Virus record (IMG/VR): IMGVR_UViG_3300015050_000735
Location: 1-42,882 of that record
Length of the DNA: 42,882 nt
Reading direction: 5' to 3' (one strand)
Origin: a virus
The notes beneath the pieces were generated by a model, which saw nothing but the letters and a program-made list of their open reading frames with translations, was not told the origin of the DNA and searched no databases. Below are positions 8,038-15,129 of the stretch, piece after piece. A program made the position numbers and the translations under genes. Each line of letters opens with the position of its first letter. The first letter of the stretch is position 1.

Positions 8038-8265
8038 TCAGGTGGCTTCTGTTGGGTATTTCTCGCCGCAGAACGGGCAGTGGCTGGCAAACATCTTCAT
8101 AGCTTTCTGTTTGCCTCTGCCCGTCTCGATTTGCTCCGTCTCTACGAAGAGGTTTGGATTGTCGGGATGCCGAGGCGAGAAAACGAACGCACGAGTCAGG
8201 AGCGTATTTCGCTCGGCGAGTTTTTCATCGATCTTGTCGGCGCAAGTGCACATGGTCTTCGTCAT
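8038..8265 (-). CDS. Hypothetical small Cys-containing protein (75 aa)
   Basis: Intact ORF with MCTCADK...HCPFCGEKY, suggesting a zinc ribbon. Confidence 0.6.
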   Translation of the reverse strand: MTKTMCTCADKIDEKLAERNTLLTRAFVFSPRHPDNPNLFVETEQIETGRGKQKAMKMFASHCPFCGEKYPTEAT

Positions 8266-8299
8266 TCTCCCTGTGGCGAACCGTTCGCCGTGGATGGTG

Positions 8300-8689
8300 T
8301 CAGGCGGCGCGCTGATCCGTGATGACGTTCTCGGAGAGCGTCTTCATCGTCGCGACGAGCGGGTTGAGGAACTCGACTTCGATGTTGTTCGCCCTACCGA
8401 GGTCGATGACCTTGCCGAGGGAGCGCAAGAACTCATTGAGCCGAGCCTGCTCCGGGGTCGGTTGTGCAGCCACGAACGCGGCTGCCTTTTCCAGAGCCTC
8501 GAACGGAGTGTCGGCAACCTCCACGTGGTAGGCTTCGCCATAAGTCGTGCTCTTGTCGGTCCATGCCATGTAGGCGGTCGGCTGCTCGTGCGACTTGATG
8601 TTGAGGTGCGCCCTCGGGGAGGCCATCCCCTTCGCCACCATCGCGGCGGAAAGGTCGTTCACGCGCTTCTGTGCAATCTTGATGTCCAT
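8300..8689 (-). CDS. Hypothetical protein (129 aa)
   Basis: Intact ORF with balanced composition. No family recognised. Confidence 0.62.
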   Translation of the reverse strand: MDIKIAQKRVNDLSAAMVAKGMASPRAHLNIKSHEQPTAYMAWTDKSTTYGEAYHVEVADTPFEALEKAAAFVAAQPTPEQARLNEFLRSLGKVIDLGRANNIEVEFLNPLVATMKTLSENVITDQRAA

Positions 8690-8724
8690 CTTCGTCTCCT
8701 GTGTCTCTGGTGGGGTTCTCGCCG

Positions 8725-9513
8725 TCAGGCGGTGGGTGGGGTGGTGGAGGACGCATCTACCGGCGACTGCCCGGTCACTGACGCGCCCTCCATGCTGCCA
8801 TCCTGCGTCGACCGGATTTTTTCACCGGCAGGCGGCTGCATTCGAATGAAGGCGGCGCGGGCCAACGTGACGGGACATTCCGAAGAGTGCGGAATTTCGT
8901 CGCAGTTCACATGTTCCGCGCTGCAAAATTCGCAGCGGAAGTGTGCGGCCGTGCTCGGCGCCGGAAACGTGCCGCGCCATCCGATCTTTTCTTCCGCCCC
9001 GAAGCCGAGAGCATTGAGCGGCGCGAAAAGCAGATGGTTCCGCGCTGCCATGCGCTCATAAGCGCCCTTCCAGTAGGCGATGCGGTCTTCGTCGGAGATC
9101 GGGGCGCTCTCTTTCAGGACAGCCGGAAACAGCGCCTTCCGTGCGATCTCCTGCATCGTGCGAGCCGCCGTCTCAAAATGGCCGAAGTCCACACCAACAG
9201 CGTCAATACTTTCGAGGGCTTCGCGGTAACTGTCCGAAGTTTGTAGCGGCTTTCCGGACAGGAGCGCCCAAGCGATCTTGCGGGCATCCTCGACTGTGAT
9301 TTCCATCAGAGTTGCGCTACCGTTAGTCTCGCTTTCCGGTTCTGCCTCGCGAAGGATTTCCGCCAATTTGTTCGGAGACGCGACCAGCGCAGACTTGATG
9401 GCGCGGAGATCGCCAAAGGTCAGGCTGCTATCGGTGACAGGTTCGTGATCGGCGCGGTTGGCGTTGAATGCCAGTTCCGAGTTCAGTCGATCTGTGGTCG
9501 TTGGGACATCCAT
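8725..9513 (-). CDS. Hypothetical protein (262 aa, start at MDVPTTTDRL)
   Basis: GGAGACGAAGATG Shine-Dalgarno. Cys/His cluster FRCEFCSAEHVNCDEIPHSSECP near the C-terminus. Confidence 0.62.
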   Translation of the reverse strand: MDVPTTTDRLNSELAFNANRADHEPVTDSSLTFGDLRAIKSALVASPNKLAEILREAEPESETNGSATLMEITVEDARKIAWALLSGKPLQTSDSYREALESIDAVGVDFGHFETAARTMQEIARKALFPAVLKESAPISDEDRIAYWKGAYERMAARNHLLFAPLNALGFGAEEKIGWRGTFPAPSTAAHFRCEFCSAEHVNCDEIPHSSECPVTLARAAFIRMQPPAGEKIRSTQDGSMEGASVTGQSPVDASSTTPPTA

Positions 9514-9526
9514 CTTCGTCTCCGTT

Positions 9527-9546
9527 CCGTGCCCCGATGCGTGGGG
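9527..9546. repeat. 20-nt perfect direct repeat, copy A (CCGTGCCCCGATGCGTGGGG)
   Basis: Identical to 10310..10329. On the transcribed minus strand it reads CCCCACGCATCGGGGCACGG, with CCCC/GGGG hairpin potential. It lies 14 nt upstream of the start codon at 9513. Confidence 0.9.
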
Positions 9547-9550
9547 CGAG

Positions 9551-10020
<470 letters not shown>

Positions 10021-10021
<1 letters not shown>

Positions 10022-10290
10022 CACGCGGCAACCCACTTCGCCCACGCCTCGGGCGTGATATCGAAAAGCGCCGTGATGCCGTGCAGGACAGGAATATCGG
10101 CGGCTAGGCTGATCTTGCTGCGGCTGTTCGGGCCGTCCTTCGCAAGCTCCATGACGCCGCGTGTCGTCGCCCAGTAGATCGCCATCTTGGCGGACTTGAG
10201 CGGCATTGAACGCGCCGTGATGTCCTGATTGTCTTCGATCAGTCCGGCGAACACGCCGCGATGCTCCGTGGTGACGAGAACTGCTTTCAT
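10021..10290 (-). CDS. Conserved hypothetical phage protein (89 aa)
   Basis: MKAVLVTTEHRGVFAGLIED...AKMAIYWATTRGVMELAKDGPNSRSKIS...LHGITALFDITPEAWAKW. AGGAGG Shine-Dalgarno upstream. The pattern is recalled from other phages but the function is unknown. Confidence 0.7.
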
Positions 10291-10309
10291 GCTGGTTGCC
10301 TCCTTCTGG

Positions 10310-10329
10310 CCGTGCCCCGATGCGTGGGG
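10310..10329. repeat. 20-nt perfect direct repeat, copy B (CCGTGCCCCGATGCGTGGGG)
   Basis: Identical to 9527..9546. Lies 20 nt upstream of the start codon at 10290. Confidence 0.9.
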
Positions 10330-10343
10330 TATGGGTGAATTGC

Positions 10344-10526
10344 TTAGGAATTGCCGCGAAGCTTGTTCGAGCGGTCGAGCCAGTATTGGCCTTTCTCGTA
10401 GAGCTTTTCAGCCTTGGCGAACTGACAGCGCTCTGCCGCTTCGTTGGCGTCGGCGAGATAGCGACCACCGCGTTCGTCGGCTTCCGCGATCTTTTCGCTG
10501 AGCGACTTGGCTGGCTTCGCGTTCAT
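10344..10526 (-). CDS. Hypothetical protein (60 aa, start at MNAKPAKSLSEK), first gene of the leftward operon
   Basis: AAAGGAGACGGACATG Shine-Dalgarno. The N-terminal extension in the ORF track looks non-coding. Confidence 0.6.
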   Translation of the reverse strand: MNAKPAKSLSEKIAEADERGGRYLADANEAAERCQFAKAEKLYEKGQYWLDRSNKLRGNS

Positions 10527-10620
10527 GTCCGTCTCCTTTTGATGTCCTATATTCACCACAAGTGAAAACAGAATGCAAGTGCAATCTGAGGGAAAAGTGA
10601 CGGTGAGTGAAAATAATTTG
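10527..10620 (-). promoter_or_regulatory. Leftward early promoter/operator region (PL-like)
   Basis: AT-richer spacer upstream of the first leftward gene. It contains GTGAA half-sites (TTCACC-ACA-AGTGAA at 10552..10566) and the 9-mers AAAAGTGAC (10593..10601) and GAGTGAAAA (10604..10612), both of which recur in the cI/cro intergenic region. Confidence 0.5.
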
Positions 10621-10640
10621 CCTCGGCTCGCGTGGCGTGC

Positions 10641-10680
10641 CATAAGAAAAGCCCCGGCGGGATGAATCCGACCGGGGCGC
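10641..10680 (-). terminator. Rho-independent terminator (minus strand)
   Basis: GCCCCGG(10651-10657)/CCGGGGC(10672-10678) stem, extendable to about 10 bp. On the minus strand it is followed by TTTTCTT. Confidence 0.65.
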
Positions 10681-11207
10681 GACAGAACTATGACAGAACT
10701 ATTGAGACGCGGATGTTATAACGTAACGTTTCTAGGAACGCAACTCGTTTCGCATCCGAAATAGTCAGTCGCGGTGAATTTGTTTCCGGTGTCGAGCTGC
10801 TCGGATGTCCCGGCTTCTCATCGACCCAGGTTCACAAGGCGACGGTCTTAAGGGGCGATTGTCCCGTCGTGCCGATCATCCGGTGCTTGAATTCCCCGAC
10901 AGGTGCGGTGGCCGCGACCGATTTTCGCGGAAACGAAATTGCTCGGAACCGTGACCCATAGGACGAGCGGCCTTGAAATACCCGGCAACCCCGGGCGGTC
11001 AAAAGCGGGTCGATTTGTCAGCAGGATGACAACCTGCCCATTTCGACACGTAGCAGAGCCGAATGTCTGCTAGGCGGCGATGCGGGGCAAACGCATCGAT
11101 CCTCGCGAGAGGAAAGGCTGGACCAATTACGCGGACCGCAAGGTCTTCCCCTCGTCAGGGACTTGTCGGGCGCTGTCCCTTCAAGGCGGAAAGGGTAGTA
11201 GCTATGC
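10681..11207. other. ORF-free, hairpin-dense region (candidate structured RNA, origin or recombination site)
   Basis: No convincing ORF on either strand. Tandem 11-mer GACAGAACTAT x2 (10681..10702). Palindrome AACGT-A-ACGTT (10720..10730). The word GCGGTGAATTT (10771..10781) is identical to part of the cI/cro operator. Many 5-7-bp stems, for example TAGCAGA/TCTGCTA and TTGTCA/TGACAA. Confidence 0.35.
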
Positions 11208-11540
11208 CTAACTGTCAGTACCAGTCAGGGCTTTTAACACACGAATGGCCTGATCTCGGTTTCGGTCGTCAATCAAGCGTACCAAGTCGATAACCTCGCC
11301 ATCCTTGGTCGGGTCGACTTCCAGGATATGAGACGGCGTGACGTTAAGGGCCTCGGCGAGGGCTTCCAGCATACCTTGATTATAGGCGCTCTGGCCGCGC
11401 TCTAGATAGGATAGCGCGCTCGGCTGCACGCCGACACGCTCCGCCAGTCGTTCCAGCGTCAGCCCGCGATAGAGCCGCCACGCCTTAAGGAAGGTGCGGC
11501 GATACTGTTTCCGCTGATAGACCGTTTTCTGTTTAGCCAT
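11208..11540 (-). CDS. CI-like repressor, XRE-family HTH (110 aa, start at MAKQKTVYQRK)
   Basis: LTLERLAERVGVQPSALSYLERGQSAYNQGMLEALAEALNV is a canonical XRE HTH. It is divergent from a cro-like gene. Confidence 0.8.
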   Translation of the reverse strand: MAKQKTVYQRKQYRRTFLKAWRLYRGLTLERLAERVGVQPSALSYLERGQSAYNQGMLEALAEALNVTPSHILEVDPTKDGEVIDLVRLIDDRNRDQAIRVLKALTGTDS

Positions 11541-11634
11541 GAACGGATGGTTGCTCCAAAAAAAATGCAGCTTCCATCCCGATTGAGTGAAAAAGTGACT
11601 TGCGGTGAATTTCACCATGAGTTAAGACAGGGGC
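11541..11634. promoter_or_regulatory. Divergent promoter/operator region between the cI-like and cro-like genes
   Basis: Perfect palindrome GGTGAA-T-TTCACC (11604..11616). GAGTGAAAA (11585..11593) and AAAAGTGAC (11591..11599) are shared with the PL region. GGATGG/CCATCC inverted repeat around the cI Shine-Dalgarno. Confidence 0.6.
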
Positions 11635-11859
11635 ATGGAAGAGACGCATCCCCTCCGCACATGGCGCAAATCCCAAGATAAGCCGCTCAGCCAATCGGAG
11701 CTTGGCGACAAGCTGGGCATCGGACCTTCGCAAATCTCGCAGATTGAGAGTGGTCTTCGCGGCTGCTCGCTCGGCGTGGCGATCAAGATCGTGGCGCTGA
11801 CGGACGGCGCTGTTCCGCTCGAAAGCCTTGTGGCTACGAATTCGGAGTCGGCAGCGTGA
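11635..11859 (+). CDS. Cro-like HTH regulator (74 aa)
   Basis: LSQSELGDKLGIGPSQISQIESGLRGCSLGVAIKIVAL is a Cro/CI-type HTH. Its position is divergent from the repressor. Confidence 0.8.
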   Translation: MEETHPLRTWRKSQDKPLSQSELGDKLGIGPSQISQIESGLRGCSLGVAIKIVALTDGAVPLESLVATNSESAA

Positions 11860-11861
11860 CC

Positions 11862-12125
11862 TCAGTGCGCCACCATCCGACAGCAGTTGCAGGCGCTCGC
11901 CAGCACCCCGTCGCACCAAGCCGCGACCGTCTTTCTGACGTTCATGCGCGCAACCTCTTCCGGAACCACAAGACGGCAGACGACCTCGTTCTCGAACGAG
12001 CCATCGTGGATCGATCTTCGCGTGACGTAGAACGTGTATCGGGTGTTGCCGTTTCCGAGGTCTTCCGGGTCGGTCATTCCTGTCGCGAACACGTCCGGCA
12101 CGGCGCAATTCTCCACGATCTGCAT
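11862..12125 (-). CDS. Hypothetical protein (87 aa, start at MQIVENCAVPD), oriented head-on to cro
   Basis: Strong third-position GC bias on the minus strand. GGGAGG Shine-Dalgarno upstream of the ATG at 12125. Balanced composition. The overlapping plus-strand ORF (11856..12251) is Arg/His/Ser-rich. Confidence 0.6.
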   Translation of the reverse strand: MQIVENCAVPDVFATGMTDPEDLGNGNTRYTFYVTRRSIHDGSFENEVVCRLVVPEEVARMNVRKTVAAWCDGVLASACNCCRMVAH

Positions 12126-12222
12126 GGTGCAAGCCTCCCTCATAACGAGGTGAAGCCTGACACGCATTTTCGTCCGGGGGCATATTCACGCGGCGAGGTC
12201 CACAGCCTTTTGCCGGCTCAGT

Positions 12223-12235
12223 TAACCACTGGTTA
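12223..12235. promoter_or_regulatory. Perfect palindrome TAACCA-C-TGGTTA in the divergent intergenic region
   Basis: Read directly. It lies 13 nt upstream of the methyltransferase start. Related TTAACC/GGTTAA arms occur at 19744..19762. Confidence 0.35.
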
Positions 12236-12247
12236 CGGGGCAGGGAC

Positions 12248-13033
12248 ATGAGCGCGATCCGCAAGGAAGTCGTGATCGGCGAGTGTCGGCTGCTGCTCGG
12301 CGACTGCCGCGACATGGACATCGAACCTGTCGATGCAGTTATCAGCGATCCTCCATACGGCATCACCGCGAACAAGTGGGACACGGACTTTGCGGCGGAC
12401 TGGATTTGGGGCCTCCAGACGGAGGTCTACGTGATGACCGCCTCGCAGCCCTTCACCTCGAAGCTTGTGATGGCGAAGCTGAAATGGTTCCGCCACGAGT
12501 GGGTCTGGATCAAAAATCGCGGCAGCAACTTCGCCAACACAGTTCGCGAACCGATGAAGGAGCACGAGTCCGTTCTGGTCTTCGCGCCGGACCGGTGGAC
12601 CTACAACAAGCAGATGCAGGCGCGGACTGGCGGCGGTGCTGATCGGGTTAAATATGCCTTCACATCTAGGACCGAGACGACAAACTACGGCCATATTGGC
12701 GCTCCCGCAGAACGTCAAGGGGATCTTCGCGTCCCGTCGAGTTGGCAGAAATTCAATTGCGAGGTCGGCAAGCACCCGACGCAGAAGCCGGTAGCACTGT
12801 TCGAGTATCTCGTCCTCACTTACTCGAACGAAGGCAACATAGTCTGCGACCCCTTCATGGGCAGCGGAACAACCGGAGTAGCGTGCATCAACCTCGGTCG
12901 TAAATTCCTCGGTATCGAGCTTGACGAGACGTATTTTGAGGCCGCGTGCGAGCGCATCCAATATGCTTTTGATGCAAAACATCGCGATCAGGTCCCCGTT
13001 CAAGAGCTTCTGTTCTCAGGGGACGCCGCCTGA
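12248..13033 (+). CDS. DNA methyltransferase, N6-adenine/N4-cytosine beta-class (261 aa)
   Basis: N-terminal catalytic motif VISDPPYGI and C-terminal AdoMet motif VCDPFMGSGTTGVACINLGRKFLGIELDETYFEAA. Confidence 0.88.
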   Translation: MSAIRKEVVIGECRLLLGDCRDMDIEPVDAVISDPPYGITANKWDTDFAADWIWGLQTEVYVMTASQPFTSKLVMAKLKWFRHEWVWIKNRGSNFANTVREPMKEHESVLVFAPDRWTYNKQMQARTGGGADRVKYAFTSRTETTNYGHIGAPAERQGDLRVPSSWQKFNCEVGKHPTQKPVALFEYLVLTYSNEGNIVCDPFMGSGTTGVACINLGRKFLGIELDETYFEAACERIQYAFDAKHRDQVPVQELLFSGDAA

Positions 13034-13302
13034 TGTCCCTCATCTCCCCCACCCTCATTCAATCCGTCGCGCAATCCCCCCGCCGCGACGTGACGCAGCC
13101 AGCGGGAGAGGCCCAATCCTCTCGGCGGACCTCGCTGGCTGCACCCCTTCCCATCCCGCAGGCATCCTCCTCCCAAGCCACTGCGGGCAACTCGGCATCG
13201 ATCGCCCATGACCTCGGCGATCTGCCACCTTTATTCGATCCTGCCTTCCTCGCTGCATGGCGTGAGACGCAGGGGCAAACTGTTGATGCGGAGGCGCTGT
13301 GA
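13033..13302 (+). CDS. Possible Pro/Ser/Ala-rich disordered protein (89 aa)
   Basis: TGATG coupling at both ends and moderate GC3. Low-complexity sequence, so the coding status is uncertain. Confidence 0.45.
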   Translation: MSLISPTLIQSVAQSPRRDVTQPAGEAQSSRRTSLAAPLPIPQASSSQATAGNSASIAHDLGDLPPLFDPAFLAAWRETQGQTVDAEAL

Positions 13303-13616
13303 TGGACTGGGAACCTCGCGTTGGGATGCCGGTGCTGTGCGTCAGCGATTTGAACGGCCATCGCGCTTTTAAAAGCTGGTCCGGATCGATCCCGACAAGG
13401 GGGGGCGTATACTTTATACGAGAGGTTTTGCCAGACCCCCGACGCGGGTTCAGCGGTGTCTTTCTCCGGCTGCGTGAGATTGTGAACCGTCCATATGACT
13501 CGCATGTTGGCCCCTTCGAGGCCGCTTTTGCAGTCAAGCACTTCCGCCCTCTCGATGAACGCCGGATAGATGTGTTTCGGCAGATTCTTGTCGACTGCCC
13601 GCTTGAGGTTGCTTGA
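13302..13616 (+). CDS. Hypothetical protein (104 aa)
   Basis: MDWEPRVGMPVLCVSDLNGH...GGVYFIREVLPDP. The ATG is coupled to the upstream stop. Confidence 0.62.
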   Translation: MDWEPRVGMPVLCVSDLNGHRAFKSWSGSIPTRGGVYFIREVLPDPRRGFSGVFLRLREIVNRPYDSHVGPFEAAFAVKHFRPLDERRIDVFRQILVDCPLEVA

Positions 13617-13617
13617 T

Positions 13618-14274
13618 ATGCAGGCTCTCAACCTAACAGGCCAGAGATTTGGCAGGCTAATCGCACTTGAACGCGCCCCATCTTCATCGCGTGCGAAGTG
13701 GGTATGCCAGTGCGATTGCGGTTCTCTGAAGGCCATTTCTGCTCTCCATCTTAGGAAAGGGGATACGTTGTCATACAGATGCCTTCACGCCCAGCGAACG
13801 TCAGAAGCGAAGAAGACACATGGGTTTAGTAGGACTCCTGAACACAACGCATGGCTCGGGATGAAGGCGCGGTGTTACAACGAGAAAAACGGTCAGTTTC
13901 ATAACTATGGTGCACGAGGCATCTCTGTTTGTGAACGGTGGTTGGAGAGTTTTCTAAGCTTCTTAGACGACGTTGGGGAGAGACCATCATCGTCCCACTC
14001 TATTGATCGCCGTGACAACGATGGAAACTACGAACCCGGCAATTGTTATTGGGCTACGAAAACCGAGCAGGCACGCAACACCAGATCCAATCTGACGTTT
14101 GATGTTGCAGGCGAGCGGATGTCGCTTATCGAGATCACAGAGCGCTGTAACCTTCCATACAAAAGAATTCATTTACGTCTCCAAAGGGGCAAAGGCTTAG
14201 AGGACGCCGTAGGCAAAGACATATTCCGCGCTGTCCTGACCAAGGCTCCCACTCCTGAGAAGGAGCCAGCATGA
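13618..14274 (+). CDS. HNH_3-like (His-to-Ser variant) DNA-binding protein, free-standing homing-endonuclease-like gene (218 aa)
   Basis: MQALNLTGQRFGRLIAL...WLGMKARCYNEKNGQFHNYGARGISVCERW...HSIDRRDNDGNYEPGNCYWATKTEQARN. Paralog of 4125..4661. It is visibly more AT-rich than its flanks. Confidence 0.72.
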   Translation: MQALNLTGQRFGRLIALERAPSSSRAKWVCQCDCGSLKAISALHLRKGDTLSYRCLHAQRTSEAKKTHGFSRTPEHNAWLGMKARCYNEKNGQFHNYGARGISVCERWLESFLSFLDDVGERPSSSHSIDRRDNDGNYEPGNCYWATKTEQARNTRSNLTFDVAGERMSLIEITERCNLPYKRIHLRLQRGKGLEDAVGKDIFRAVLTKAPTPEKEPA

Positions 14275-14447
14275 CAACCCTCCTGATCGGCACCGCGCAC
14301 GTCCTTGGCCTTGCAATCGGCTTCTATGCCGGCTGTCGCTATTCCCGGACTGAGATCGCCCGTGCTGAGCTTCGCGGCCTGACCAATCGCCGGGTGTTGG
14401 AACTCTCCCGCACCGACGCTGAGAACGCAGCGGGGATGGTGTCGTGA
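14271..14447 (+). CDS. Small membrane protein (58 aa), below the ORF-track cutoff
   Basis: Hand translation gives MTTLLIGTAHVLGLAIGFYAGCRYSRTEIARAELRGLTNRRVLELSRTDAENAAGMVS. GAGAAGGAG Shine-Dalgarno. ATGA and GTGA overlaps at the two ends. Confidence 0.5.
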   Translation: MTTLLIGTAHVLGLAIGFYAGCRYSRTEIARAELRGLTNRRVLELSRTDAENAAGMVS

Positions 14448-14629
14448 GCGCGAAACTCCGCGAATGGTTCGCAACGAAGCTTCTGGAATGGAGTGGCGAT
14501 CTCCTCATGGCAGCAATGCGCGTCTGTCCAGAGATGTTTCCAGAGCCAGAAGACGACGATTTTGATGATCCATACGACGATGTGATCAACCCGCGCGTCG
14601 CCGACTATGACGGGGGGCTCCCGTTTTGA
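14444..14629 (+). CDS. Small acidic protein (61 aa)
   Basis: GTG start overlapping the upstream stop. Acidic run PEPEDDDFDDPYDD. Confidence 0.5.
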   Translation: MSAKLREWFATKLLEWSGDLLMAAMRVCPEMFPEPEDDDFDDPYDDVINPRVADYDGGLPF

Positions 14630-15129
14630 TCTCCCTACTCTCCCCAGGGAAAGCGCCGCTCGATCTCGCTGGCGCATCCCGTATCCATATTGTCGTTCGA
14701 AGCCCTTACAGCCGAACGACCAAGCTTACGTTTCCCTGCTCGCGCGATCAGCTTCCCGGCCATACGCGCGGCAACATTACCGAGGCTTTCGAAGCAGTCT
14801 TCCGCCTCGCCATCTTCGGTCTAGGGTGCCTTCTCGTGCTGATGATAGGCATTGCGAAGGCGCATGAGGCGCGCACGGTCGCGGGGCAACCTTTGGGGTG
14901 GACCTATGGCTACGAATGCTGCTCGGCCGTCGACTGTAGCGTCACGGGCGACAGGGACATCTCGGAGACGCCGGAAGGCTACCGCATCGAGATCACAGGC
15001 GAAATCATACCCTACGGCGACAAGCGCATCAAGCGTTCGAGAGACGAATTCTTCCACCGCTGCACGCCGGGCGGGGTAGCCACCGCGCCGCGCAGCATAT
15101 GCCTCTATGTTCCCAATCGGGGGTTTTGA
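14626..15129 (+). CDS. Cys-rich membrane-anchored/exported protein (start uncertain)
   Basis: Hydrophobic segment VFRLAIFGLGCLLVLMIGIAKA-HEA, then WTYGYECCSAVDCS...GYRIEITGEIIPYGDKRIKRSRDEFFHRC...ICLYVPNRGF, a pattern recalled from Rhizobiales chromosomal and phage proteins. The only in-frame start I can find upstream is the TTG at 14626. An 8-bp hairpin at 14692..14720 lies in the putative N-terminal region. Confidence 0.55.
   Translation: MISLLSPGKAPLDLAGASRIHIVVRSPYSRTTKLTFPCSRDQLPGHTRGNITEAFEAVFRLAIFGLGCLLVLMIGIAKAHEARTVAGQPLGWTYGYECCSAVDCSVTGDRDISETPEGYRIEITGEIIPYGDKRIKRSRDEFFHRCTPGGVATAPRSICLYVPNRGF

Noticed and set aside
8275-8289. Palindrome GGCGAAC-C-GTTCGCC between two leftward genes
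   Set aside because: It is real in the sequence but occurs once, is short and has no supporting context. It cannot be distinguished from a chance palindrome or a minor RNA hairpin.
11063-11293. 76-aa plus-strand ORF inside the ORF-free immunity region
   Set aside because: It is Arg-rich with no translation signals, and it overlaps the 3' end of the cI-like gene on the opposite strand.
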